Assembly: GCA_963925905.1 (NCBI GenBank)
Contig: CAWUVR010000056.1
Coordinates: 1-39,900 of the forward strand
Length of the DNA: 39,900 nucleotides
Source of the DNA: an uncultured Pelagibacteraceae bacterium
Lineage (GTDB): Bacteria; Pseudomonadota; Alphaproteobacteria; Pelagibacterales; Pelagibacteraceae
Reading direction: 5' to 3'
The translations under genes and the position numbers were made by a program. Of this stretch, positions 10,339-19,246 are shown piece by piece. Under the pieces are notes generated by a model. It searched no databases, was not told the DNA's origin, and worked only from the letters and a program-made list of their open reading frames with translations. The first letter of the stretch is position 1. Every line of letters starts with the position of its first letter.

Positions 10339-11286
10339 TTATTTTCTATTATAGATTTTATTATGAAATTTTATTTTCCTTAAATATTCATAAGGATTTT
10401 TAACTTTTACGATCGCATTTTTTTGCTGGTTTATGGAGTCATGCAATCGAGTAAGAAAAAATCTTATAGCAGATCCCATTAATAGATTTGGAAGAGCTTT
10501 TATTTCATCTTTGTTTAATTTTCGTACAGATGAATAGCCATTTAAAATAGCTTCCATCTTTTTTTGATTCAGTTGATTTTTTTTGTCGAAACATAGTGCA
10601 TTGATGCATATTGCCAAATCATAAACCAGGAAGTCATTGCATGCGAAATAAAAATCTATAAACCCACTAAATTTTTTTTTGATGAAAAAAATATTATCTG
10701 GAAAAAGATCTCCGTGAATAATTCCAGAAGGTATATTTTTTGGCCAATTCTTTTTTATGCGATTTAGAATTGTATCAATGAATTCATAAATACCTGGAAT
10801 TTTTTGATTTGCCTTTTTTTTAATAGACCTGTTTAGCTTAATCCAGGAATTAATAGACAGGTTGTTGGTTCTTTTGATTTTTGCCCCTTTGCCAACGATA
10901 TGTAGTTTCGCAATATTTTTTCCTATTAATTTGCACTCATTTATAGAGTGATTACTCTTGTCTTTGCCATATACAAAACTTGAAATAGACGCGTATTTAT
11001 TTTTGATTTTGAAGACGTTTTTTTTATTTATATTTGAAATTGGTTTTGGACAGACTATTTTTTGTGCATTTAAATAAGACATTAAGTTTATAAAAAAAGG
11101 AAGTTCTTTTGACTTAACTCTTTTTTCGTAAAGAGTAAGAATGTATTTTCCAGATGTTGTATTGAGTAAGTAATTGGTATTTTCAATACCTTCCTTAATT
11201 CCTCTTAGTTTCTTTAAGGTCCCTAAGTGGTAGTTTTTTAAGATTACAGCCACCTCAGAGAATGTTAGCTTAGTGTATATGGCCAT
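10339..11286 (-). CDS. thrB: Homoserine kinase, type II (APH/kinase fold)
   Basis: MAIYT, GIENTNY, LTLYE, IHGDLFPDN, IDFYFAC, RFFLTRL. Confidence 0.93.
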   Translation of the reverse strand: MAIYTKLTFSEVAVILKNYHLGTLKKLRGIKEGIENTNYLLNTTSGKYILTLYEKRVKSKELPFFINLMSYLNAQKIVCPKPISNINKKNVFKIKNKYASISSFVYGKDKSNHSINECKLIGKNIAKLHIVGKGAKIKRTNNLSINSWIKLNRSIKKKANQKIPGIYEFIDTILNRIKKNWPKNIPSGIIHGDLFPDNIFFIKKKFSGFIDFYFACNDFLVYDLAICINALCFDKKNQLNQKKMEAILNGYSSVRKLNKDEIKALPNLLMGSAIRFFLTRLHDSINQQKNAIVKVKNPYEYLRKIKFHNKIYNRK

Positions 11287-12248
11287 TATTGAAGGTTTGA
11301 TGGTAGCTTAAAATAAACGTTTTCTACTGTCGATGAAATTTCTTCAATCTTAACATCTCTTAAAAGCTTGATCTGTTCAATCGTGTTATGCATTAATATT
11401 TCTGGAGCTGAAGCACCCGAAGATAGTCCTGTATTTTTCGAGCGTAAAATTTCATCTTTGGGAAATTCAATATCGCTATGAATTAATATACTATTTTTAC
11501 AGCCATTTTTCTTAGCGACTTCTACCAATCTTTGTGAATTGGAGGAATTTGGGCTTCCTATTATTAGGAACAAATCACATTTAGATGCGATAGACTTTAC
11601 CGCATTCTGTCTATTAGTTGTTGCGTAGCAAATATCTTCTTTGATGGGACCTTTTATTCCAGGAATTTTCATTTTTAAAGTTTCTATTATTTCTCTTGTA
11701 TCATCTACAGAAAGAGTTGTTTGCGTAATGTAGGCGCATTTTTTTTCTTTTTTTATTGATGGAATCTTTAAAATATCTTCCTTTGTTTGTATTAATTCCA
11801 TATCTGCACTTTCCAGCTGTCCCATTGTTCCAATTACCTCTGGATGGTCTTTGTGACCTATTAAGTATATATAATATCCCTGCCTATTAAGCTGTTCGGC
11901 TTCTCTGTGAACCTTGGAAACTAACGGGCAGGTCGCATCAATGTAAAAAAGATTTTTAAACTTAGCAGTTTCAACAACTTTCTTAGAAACGCCATGGGCA
12001 GAAAAAATTACCGGTCTTGTTTTGTCTTGTATTTCATCAAGCTCTCCAACAAAAATGGTACCCATGCCCTCCAATTCTTTAACAACATGTTTGTTATGTA
12101 CAATTTCATGTCTAACGTAAACTGGGGTTCCAAATTTTTGAATAGTTTTTTTAACAATTTCGACAGCTCTATCGACGCCAGCACAAAACCCCCGCGGACT
12201 TGCCAAATAAATATTTAAGATATTAAGATTTTTTTTTGTATGTTCCAT
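11286..12248 (-). CDS. ispH: 4-hydroxy-3-methylbut-2-enyl diphosphate reductase
   Basis: PRGFCAGVDRA, HEIVHN, DATCPLV, DICYATTNRQ, SSNS, GASAPE. Start at 12248 or 12260 uncertain. Confidence 0.96.
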   Translation of the reverse strand: MEHTKKNLNILNIYLASPRGFCAGVDRAVEIVKKTIQKFGTPVYVRHEIVHNKHVVKELEGMGTIFVGELDEIQDKTRPVIFSAHGVSKKVVETAKFKNLFYIDATCPLVSKVHREAEQLNRQGYYIYLIGHKDHPEVIGTMGQLESADMELIQTKEDILKIPSIKKEKKCAYITQTTLSVDDTREIIETLKMKIPGIKGPIKEDICYATTNRQNAVKSIASKCDLFLIIGSPNSSNSQRLVEVAKKNGCKNSILIHSDIEFPKDEILRSKNTGLSSGASAPEILMHNTIEQIKLLRDVKIEEISSTVENVYFKLPSNLQ

Positions 12249-13212
12249 AAATATACTCAAGCATTATATGTGGCAAAGTAAGGGATGCCAGTCCAATAAA
12301 GACAGTTCTTAGTATTGATTTTTCAATTGTTAAATCAATATTTAAATAAAATAGCATTATTACAGCTATTGCAAAAGTAATAACTGTTAGTGGCAATGAC
12401 ATTTTAATAAATTTTTTAATTCCATCAGCAAGCTTTTTGCGATTGATCTCCATTGAGGAAGATAAAATATGCTTTGTTGAATGCATAAAGCAAAAATATA
12501 TTGTGAAAGCTACTATAAGAGGCAAATACTTAAAAATAGCTATTATGCTAACTATTTCTGCCAGAATGATTAGAGAATCTAAAAGGCTAATGTCTTTTTT
12601 AATATGAAAAAAAAATATTAAAATCATCAAAAAAAATAAGTTGATATAAAAAACATTATAATAAAAGTAAGCATCGAGAGTTGGCCAATTCTGCTCCATA
12701 AGTACAATTTTTACAAAATTGACTGTTTCTAAATTGTTCAAATAGAAAGGGGCCGAAATAACCAAAAGTCCTCGAAAGAAATATAGAACTATTGTTATTT
12801 TTGAGTTTGTTTTGAAAAACATTTCCAAATCCTCACTGCCAAAATGAAATGCTGCAACTATAAAAAAAATACAAATGCTCACAATCGGAAATGAAAGCCA
12901 TGCCCACAAAGCCAATAATGCCAAAAAAATATAGGTCCCGTAAAAAATTATAGACCAGTATATTGAAAATTTTTTTTTTAAAATATACTCTCCTTTTTTT
13001 CCATCCAAGGATCCGTGAGAAATACCTATGGTGGCAATAATAAAAAAACAAAATACTAGATAGTCCCCTTGCCTCAAGGTTCCCATGGCATTCAGAGCAA
13101 TGCACAATAAACTCAAGGATAGAAAGAAAGCAAATTGTGCAAAATAGAATTTTTTGTACTGACCGCCTAGATTTGAAAATTTACTCACTATTTTTTGAAT
13201 ACTCCTTCGCAC
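12223..13212 (-). CDS. blh: Beta-carotene 15,15'-dioxygenase, Brp/Blh family
   Basis: Multi-TM protein with GISHGSLD, FHFGSED, YFCFMHS and LTLPH (four His ligands). Directly downstream of crtY. Confidence 0.92.
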   Translation of the reverse strand: MRRSIQKIVSKFSNLGGQYKKFYFAQFAFFLSLSLLCIALNAMGTLRQGDYLVFCFFIIATIGISHGSLDGKKGEYILKKKFSIYWSIIFYGTYIFLALLALWAWLSFPIVSICIFFIVAAFHFGSEDLEMFFKTNSKITIVLYFFRGLLVISAPFYLNNLETVNFVKIVLMEQNWPTLDAYFYYNVFYINLFFLMILIFFFHIKKDISLLDSLIILAEIVSIIAIFKYLPLIVAFTIYFCFMHSTKHILSSSMEINRKKLADGIKKFIKMSLPLTVITFAIAVIMLFYLNIDLTIEKSILRTVFIGLASLTLPHIMLEYIYGTYKKKS

Positions 13213-14324
13213 ATACAGCTTATAAAATTTTTAATAAATAGAAATTTTGGCATTGAAAGAAGAATCTTAAAATCTTCAATCCAGTTACTTCTGTCAGTTA
13301 AAAAATTCACAATAGAAGAGTTGTTATTTGATTTAAACAAATTAAAAAAAATTGAAGGCATTTGTTTATAGTTATTTTTCATAACTGATAAAAAAATCTT
13401 ATCAAGAAAATTGTATTTAGCAGGTCGTATATGTGGCATGATAATTTTATTACTTAGACGCATACTATTTGCAATCTGCTCACTAAAAGTTTGAATAGCT
13501 TGGAAGGTGTACCCTGTGCTTGCCCTGGTTAAATTGCCAGCAATACCAATTCTTAAATATTTTTCAGTAAGATTATTTTTTTTTATGAAGGGAAGGTCCA
13601 AGGGTATTGCCCCATATTCTGTATAGTTAATTTTTCCTACAATTTTTTTTCTTGTTAAATAATCATTCATTTCATTCTGATAATCTTCTTTTGATTTTAT
13701 ACTTTTGGAATACCAAGTTGTTTCTATAAGCGCTTTTGTTCTCGAAAAGGGGAGGGTGTAAAAAAAATGCAAACCACCGTTTTGAGAGCAGTCAAAGTTC
13801 ATCAAGTCTACTATCTCGTCATTAAAATATTCAATTTCCGTTTCTATTTCGCAGCCAAAGAAATGTTGGTACATGAGAGAATCGTATCGATTTAAATCGA
13901 TTAAGCTATCAAAAACAAAGCCTCCTTTGTAATTGCCTTTGTCGGTCTCGATGAATTCTTCGCCAACGAGTTGGACATCGCAATCCATAATTATTGAAAT
14001 ATTATTGTTTGATTTTATTTGATTAATAGTAAATTCATAAAATTTTTTAGAATCTATGGCTCTATATGGAGTTTTGTTGCAGTTAACTGTTACTGTCTTG
14101 TCATTAAGCGTAATAGAAAAATCTTCCCAGCTTTTGATAACGCAATCTTTAAATTTGTTATTATCAAAATCCCAATAACACCAGCTTTTGTCTCTTATAT
14201 ATTTTTTGCGTTTTTCAATTACACAAAGTGTTTTCTCTTTCAAGCAACCCTGCCTATTCATTTCGTAGGCCAAAGAAAGACCAGAAAGTCCTCCACCTAG
14301 AATAATGTAATCAAATTCTTTCAT
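13188..14324 (-). CDS. crtY: Lycopene beta-cyclase
   Basis: GGGLSG FAD motif, DKSWCYW, QHFFG, LMNF, FFYTLPF, ALIETT, STGY. Confidence 0.88.
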   Translation of the reverse strand: MKEFDYIILGGGLSGLSLAYEMNRQGCLKEKTLCVIEKRKKYIRDKSWCYWDFDNNKFKDCVIKSWEDFSITLNDKTVTVNCNKTPYRAIDSKKFYEFTINQIKSNNNISIIMDCDVQLVGEEFIETDKGNYKGGFVFDSLIDLNRYDSLMYQHFFGCEIETEIEYFNDEIVDLMNFDCSQNGGLHFFYTLPFSRTKALIETTWYSKSIKSKEDYQNEMNDYLTRKKIVGKINYTEYGAIPLDLPFIKKNNLTEKYLRIGIAGNLTRASTGYTFQAIQTFSEQIANSMRLSNKIIMPHIRPAKYNFLDKIFLSVMKNNYKQMPSIFFNLFKSNNNSSIVNFLTDRSNWIEDFKILLSMPKFLFIKNFISCMCEGVFKK

Positions 14325-15162
14325 ATAAATTTATTTTCTTTCCAGCAATAAAATACCAGTTTATAGGAGAATTTTTTTTCGGTCTTGCAAATAGCAGTTC
14401 TATAAAATCTAAAATAGATAAAGCGGTTTGCATCAATTTTTTTGCATTGGAGACGTAGATTTTTTTTGACCTATTGTAGTCATTTAGGTTTTTCTTTTTC
14501 AATATTTCATTACCGATTTGCCTATAAACCCTCCTTGCAACCAAAATAGAGAAACGGCACGATATGGGTATGTCTTTAACCGATGCAAAAGAGCTCGTAT
14601 AAAAATGGTCTGCCATTTTAATAGTTTTTTTTATAGATTTAAAGTTATGTGGAATATAGAACCTGCCCATTTTTTTATCCTCAATGACATCCCGAGCTAT
14701 ATTGGTTAGCTGCATAGCAATACCCAAATCTATAGCTCCTTTTAAAGAACTCTTCCTTCTCACCCTCAAAATTTTGGCCATGATCAAGCCAACAGTTCCT
14801 GCAACTCGGTACGAATATAAAAGCAAACTTTTCTTATTCATAAATTTGACCTTATTTTTTAAATCAGTTTCTATTCCATCAAACAAATCATAAATAATTT
14901 TATGTGAAATATTCTCTTGTCGTAAAATTTTCGACATATTTCTTATTACAATCATAGAGTTATTTTCTTTAATAAAATTAAATTTAAAATTTTGAAATTG
15001 TTTTTTTTTTATTTTCAAAGATATGTTTTGATCAGCTATATCATCCAACGATCTGCAGAAGTCATATAAATTTGAGCAATTTTTGTATACTTGCTTTGGC
15101 AAAAAAAATCCTGCCCAGTAAAAAGATTTAGAATGCCTAGATAATAAACTAGTTTTGATCAT
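14311..15162 (-). CDS. crtB: Phytoene synthase
   Basis: SKSF, CRSLDDIAD, YSYRVAGTVG, LGIAMQLTNIARDVIED. Confidence 0.93.
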   Translation of the reverse strand: MIKTSLLSRHSKSFYWAGFFLPKQVYKNCSNLYDFCRSLDDIADQNISLKIKKKQFQNFKFNFIKENNSMIVIRNMSKILRQENISHKIIYDLFDGIETDLKNKVKFMNKKSLLLYSYRVAGTVGLIMAKILRVRRKSSLKGAIDLGIAMQLTNIARDVIEDKKMGRFYIPHNFKSIKKTIKMADHFYTSSFASVKDIPISCRFSILVARRVYRQIGNEILKKKNLNDYNRSKKIYVSNAKKLMQTALSILDFIELLFARPKKNSPINWYFIAGKKINLYERI

Positions 15163-16628
15163 TGCAAAATCTCTTCCAGCACTTTTGCAGAAGAAAGAAC
15201 TCCCGGAATTCCCGCGCCCGGGTGAGTTCCGGCTCCTACAAAATAAAGATTTTTAAAAACTTCAGATTGGTTATGAAATCTAAAGTAGGCAGATTGGGTA
15301 AATTTTGGTTGAATGGAAAAACCTGATCCATGCAATGTAGACAGTTCTTTTTCGAAATAATCAGGAGTAAGATAAAAATCATTTATTATATTCTCTTTAA
15401 GACCAGGCAAAAGCGTTTTTGACATTTTTTTAATAACAAGATCTCTAAATTGATCTCCCGCTTTGACCCAATCAATTTTGGATAAGTTATTGGGAACTGG
15501 AACTAGAACATAAAATGCATCTTGACCTTCGGGAGCCATCTCTGGATCAGTAGCAGACGGTCTATGCAGATAGTAGCTAATATCCTCCGACAAAACTTTT
15601 TTTTCAAAAATTTTATTTAAATGCTCTTCGTATGATTTTCCAAAACAAATGGTATGGTGCGCAACATTTTCATATTTTACCTTAGTACCAAAGTAATAAA
15701 CAAACAAACCCATCGAATAGTTCATTCGGTTTACTTTTTTTCTGAATAGGAAATTGTATTTTTTATTTGTCTTGATTAAGTTCTTATAGACATTGGGAGG
15801 GTCTGAATTGCAAACAACGTAATCGGCAGTGAATATTTGATTTGTTTTTAATTTAACACCTACAATTTTATCTTGTTTTGTAATGAACTCGGTAACCTCT
15901 GCATTTTTTATAATTTTTACTCCTTCTTCTTTCATTAGCTTTTCCAAAGCCAGCACAATATTCCCAGTGCCACCCATGGCATAATGGATTCCCCATTTTT
16001 TTTCTAAAAATAAAATTAGGGCATAAATAGAAGTCGTCGTAAATGGATTTCCACCAACAAGTAGTGAGTGCATACTAAATACTCGTCTTAATTTTTCATT
16101 TGAAATATAGCTAGATGCTAGTTGATAAACTGATTGATAGCTTTTAAGCTTCAGTAAAGCGGGTGCTTGCTTTAGCATAAACAAAATACTATGAAAAGGT
16201 TTCGCAGACAAATCTACAAAACCTTTGTTAAATATTTTTTTACTAAAATCTATTAATTTTTCATAGCCATAAAAATCTTTTTTAGAAAATTTTTCAATTT
16301 CAGTGCGCATTTGATTTTCATTGCCTGAGTAATCAAAAGTGGATCCATCTTCAAAAACAAATCGATACCACAAATCCAAAGGAACGATTTTGACATAGTT
16401 AGATATGTTTTTATTAAACAAAGAGAACAACTCCTCGAATAAATAAGGAGCAGTTATGACCGTGGGACCGGCATCATAAATAAATCCATTTTTTTTAAAT
16501 ACCCTGGCTCTTCCCCCTAGATCTGGATGCTTTTCCAGCAATGTAACCTCATGGCCTTTTGAGCGCATTCTAAGTGCAGCGGCAATACCACCAAACCCAG
16601 AGCCAACAATAATTATATTTTTCTTCAT
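15159..16628 (-). CDS. crtI: Phytoene desaturase
   Basis: GSGFGG, DAGPTVIT, LLVGGNPF, YLHRP, QSAYFR, GAGTHPGAGIPGV. Confidence 0.95.
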   Translation of the reverse strand: MKKNIIIVGSGFGGIAAALRMRSKGHEVTLLEKHPDLGGRARVFKKNGFIYDAGPTVITAPYLFEELFSLFNKNISNYVKIVPLDLWYRFVFEDGSTFDYSGNENQMRTEIEKFSKKDFYGYEKLIDFSKKIFNKGFVDLSAKPFHSILFMLKQAPALLKLKSYQSVYQLASSYISNEKLRRVFSMHSLLVGGNPFTTTSIYALILFLEKKWGIHYAMGGTGNIVLALEKLMKEEGVKIIKNAEVTEFITKQDKIVGVKLKTNQIFTADYVVCNSDPPNVYKNLIKTNKKYNFLFRKKVNRMNYSMGLFVYYFGTKVKYENVAHHTICFGKSYEEHLNKIFEKKVLSEDISYYLHRPSATDPEMAPEGQDAFYVLVPVPNNLSKIDWVKAGDQFRDLVIKKMSKTLLPGLKENIINDFYLTPDYFEKELSTLHGSGFSIQPKFTQSAYFRFHNQSEVFKNLYFVGAGTHPGAGIPGVLSSAKVLEEILQ

Positions 16629-16635
16629 TTTTTTA

Positions 16636-16644
16636 TTAATATCA
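16636..16644 (-). promoter_or_regulatory. Putative extended -10 (TGaTATTAA) for a leaderless crtI transcript
   Basis: Hexamer ends 7 nt before the crtI ATG. No SD in the 32-nt divergent gap. Confidence 0.4.
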
Positions 16645-16660
16645 AGTAAATACTTTTACT

Positions 16661-16897
16661 ATGAATAATCCAAAAACAATAAAAAATTTTCCAGACAAAG
16701 TGTCTTTGGAAAGCGGAAAAAAATACTTTTGGTGCACATGCGGTCTTTCAGGAAAGCAACCTTTTTGTGATGGAACGCACAAAGTTGCAGGAGAATTTAA
16801 ATCTTTGCACTTTGAAGTAGCGGAGACAAAAGATTATTTTTTATGCAACTGCAAGAAAACAAAAAACCCACCCTTTTGTGACGGATCTCATAAGTAA
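16661..16897 (+). CDS. Tandem CDGSH [2Fe-2S] protein (CISD3/MiNT-like)
   Basis: Two motifs, WCTCGLS..QPFCDGTH and LCNCKKT..PPFCDGSH. Confidence 0.92.
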   Translation: MNNPKTIKNFPDKVSLESGKKYFWCTCGLSGKQPFCDGTHKVAGEFKSLHFEVAETKDYFLCNCKKTKNPPFCDGSHK

Positions 16898-16901
16898 ATA
16901 A

Positions 16902-17390
16902 TTAGATACTTTTTTTTAAGCTTGCGATACTTTCTTGAACACTCGTGTGATTAATATCTTCAACTTTATTTTTCTCCAGAGTCTGGGAGATAATTTTTTT
17001 AGCACTCTCAATGGCTATGATAGTTGAAATTTTCTTAACCTCTTTTATAGCGTTATTTTTTGCCTGAGTAATTTTTTCATTAATGTTTTTCTCTCTAGCA
17101 GTCAGCATGGAGCTTATCTTTTCTTCCATTGCAGATGATTCTTCAGCGTTTACTTTGGTAGCTCTTAATAAGATTTCTTCACACTCTTTTTTTGATTGGT
17201 CTAGCTGATCTTGATATTTGCTCAAAAGCTTATTGCTTTCAATTTTTAAATTTTCAGCATCTTCTATTTTTTGTTTAATTTCTTGAATTTTTTCATCAAG
17301 ATTCTTGCCAACCAATCCTGGTATTTTTTTGTAAATTAAAAAAGCAATAAACAAAAAGAAAGATACAGCTACCCAAAAAGTTGCGTCCAT
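16902..17390 (-). CDS. atpF: F0 ATP synthase subunit b
   Basis: DATFWVAVSF N-terminal TM followed by a charged coiled coil. Last gene of the F0 cluster. Confidence 0.9.
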   Translation of the reverse strand: MDATFWVAVSFFLFIAFLIYKKIPGLVGKNLDEKIQEIKQKIEDAENLKIESNKLLSKYQDQLDQSKKECEEILLRATKVNAEESSAMEEKISSMLTAREKNINEKITQAKNNAIKEVKKISTIIAIESAKKIISQTLEKNKVEDINHTSVQESIASLKKSI

Positions 17391-17962
17391 TAGTTAAGCC
17401 CCCTTAGATACTGCTTAGAAACCTCGTCAACAATAGTGCTAGCACTTGTGTTATTTGTATCAGTTTTGGCAACGGTTTTCACCAGCTCTTTTGCTATTTC
17501 TGTTGAAATGCTATTAATATTCCCAATTGCTTCTTTTTTAAATTCCTTAATTTCCTTATCTACTTCTTCCAATTTTTCTTCTAGTTTTTTGCTAATCTCT
17601 TTTTTTTTATTTTCAAATTCAGCCTGTAATTCTTTTTTATTTTCACTCATTAGATCTTGAGCTTCTTTTTTTGCAAGAGCTATTACTTTTAGATACTCTT
17701 GGTATTTCTCTTCTGCTTGATTTTTTAAAGAACTCGCCTCATCAATATTCTCACTTATATGATCATTTCTTTGCTCGATGCTTTCTGACAATCTCGGCAA
17801 AACTACTTTCGCAATTACAATGTACAGAAAAGAAAAGGTGATAACCAACCAAAAAACTTGAGGAAACCAAGTTGTTGGATCTAGCTGTGGCATCCCCGCT
17901 TTCTCTGCTGCTTGAACAGCAGCAGAGCTAAAGATAACAGATAAGAATAAAATTTTATCCAT
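17390..17962 (-). CDS. F0 ATP synthase subunit b'
   Basis: GMPQLD..TWFPQVFWL, typical of alphaproteobacterial b', followed by a coiled coil. Confidence 0.9.
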   Translation of the reverse strand: MDKILFLSVIFSSAAVQAAEKAGMPQLDPTTWFPQVFWLVITFSFLYIVIAKVVLPRLSESIEQRNDHISENIDEASSLKNQAEEKYQEYLKVIALAKKEAQDLMSENKKELQAEFENKKKEISKKLEEKLEEVDKEIKEFKKEAIGNINSISTEIAKELVKTVAKTDTNNTSASTIVDEVSKQYLRGLN

Positions 17963-17970
17963 TAACTTAA

Positions 17971-18198
17971 TTAAAAAGCGAAAAGAATAATTAACGCAAT
18001 AACTAGACCAAACAATCCAGTTGCTTCAGCCAATGCAAATCCTAATAATAAGTTAGGAAACTGCTTTTGGGCTGCCGAAGGGTTTCTCATGGCACCTGAT
18101 AGATAACTACCAAAAATTGTACCAATTCCAACACCTGCTCCTGCCAATGCGATTGCCGCTAGACCTGCTCCAATCATTTTTGCTGCTGCTACTTCCAT
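17971..18198 (-). CDS. atpE: F0 ATP synthase subunit c
   Basis: GAGVGIG, RNP loop, FALAEA ion-binding Glu. Strong AAGGAG SD. Confidence 0.97.
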   Translation of the reverse strand: MEVAAAKMIGAGLAAIALAGAGVGIGTIFGSYLSGAMRNPSAAQKQFPNLLLGFALAEATGLFGLVIALIILFAF

Positions 18199-18213
18199 TT
18201 TTTCTCTCCTTTG

Positions 18214-18948
18214 TTAGTGGTGTAAATGAAGTGCATCGTTTAAATAAATGCACGTTAATATTGCAAAAACATATGCCTGAAGAAATGCAACTAAAATCTC
18301 CAAACCAGTAAGTGCAATTGAAAATCCAAGGGGCAACCAGCCACCAAGAATACCTAGACTGACAACAAATCCTCCAAAAACTTTTAACATTGTATGTCCA
18401 GCCATCATGTTTGCAAAAAGTCGAACCGATAAACTAATAGGTCGACTAAGATACGAAATGATTTCTATAACTACTATCAGGGGTAGCAAAACCGCAGGTA
18501 CCCCAGAGGGTACAAATAATTTTAAATAAGATATTCCGTGCGTCATAAATCCAATGACGGTAACTCCTATAAATACAAAAAAAGCCATTACAAAAGTAAC
18601 AATAATATGACTAGTCACCGTAAAAGAGTAGGGAACCATTCCAATCATATTGGAAACCAGTACAAACAAAAACAAGCTCAGTATAAAGGGAAAATAAGGT
18701 CGGGCATCTTTGCCGGCGGTATCACTTATCATTTTTGAAACAAATTCATAAATCATCTCAGCAATTAATTGTATTTTATTTGGAATTAAAGATTTTTTTT
18801 GAGTTGCTAAGATAAAAAAAATTGAGATAAGCGCAACTGTAAGCACCATAAACAAGCTTGCGTTTGTGAAGGAAATGTCAAAATTTCCTATTTGAATTTT
18901 TGGACCAATTGAATGCACTTCAAATTGGAGCATTGGATTTGTAGCCAT
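18214..18948 (-). CDS. atpB: F0 ATP synthase subunit a
   Basis: RPISLSVRLFANMMAGH, LQAYVF. Confidence 0.97.
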   Translation of the reverse strand: MATNPMLQFEVHSIGPKIQIGNFDISFTNASLFMVLTVALISIFFILATQKKSLIPNKIQLIAEMIYEFVSKMISDTAGKDARPYFPFILSLFLFVLVSNMIGMVPYSFTVTSHIIVTFVMAFFVFIGVTVIGFMTHGISYLKLFVPSGVPAVLLPLIVVIEIISYLSRPISLSVRLFANMMAGHTMLKVFGGFVVSLGILGGWLPLGFSIALTGLEILVAFLQAYVFAILTCIYLNDALHLHH

Positions 18949-18961
18949 ATTTTTAAATATT

Positions 18962-19231
18962 TTAGTCCTTATTAATCATTTTGGAAGTTCGCACAACATT
19001 TAAAATCCCAGTTACTGCCCCTAAAAAGAAAAAAAAAATTAGCAAAAACGGGCCAGTTTTTAGCCATTTGTCCAAATAATAGCCAATTAAACTTGCGACA
19101 AAAACGGCAGCAACCATTTCACTACTAAGTCTCATGGCAATACCCATCGAAGAATTGGGTTTTGTGTCAGATTCTACTTCTTTTGTACTGAGTCTTTTAA
19201 TTTTTGTATCTAAGTCTTTGATGTCATTCAT
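18962..19231 (-). CDS. atpI: ATP synthase protein I (AtpZ/AtpI family)
   Basis: EMVAAV..IGYYLDKWLKTGP..LG two-TM pattern. Located upstream of atpB. Confidence 0.88.
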   Translation of the reverse strand: MNDIKDLDTKIKRLSTKEVESDTKPNSSMGIAMRLSSEMVAAVFVASLIGYYLDKWLKTGPFLLIFFFFLGAVTGILNVVRTSKMINKD

Positions 19232-19246
19232 TCTAAATTAGAGAGA

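Noticed and set aside
15001-15010. Long poly-T/A tracts (here in crtB, also near 445-454 in the HAD gene) as phase-variation sites
   Set aside because: These are in-frame Lys-codon runs, expected at this AT content. The frames are intact.
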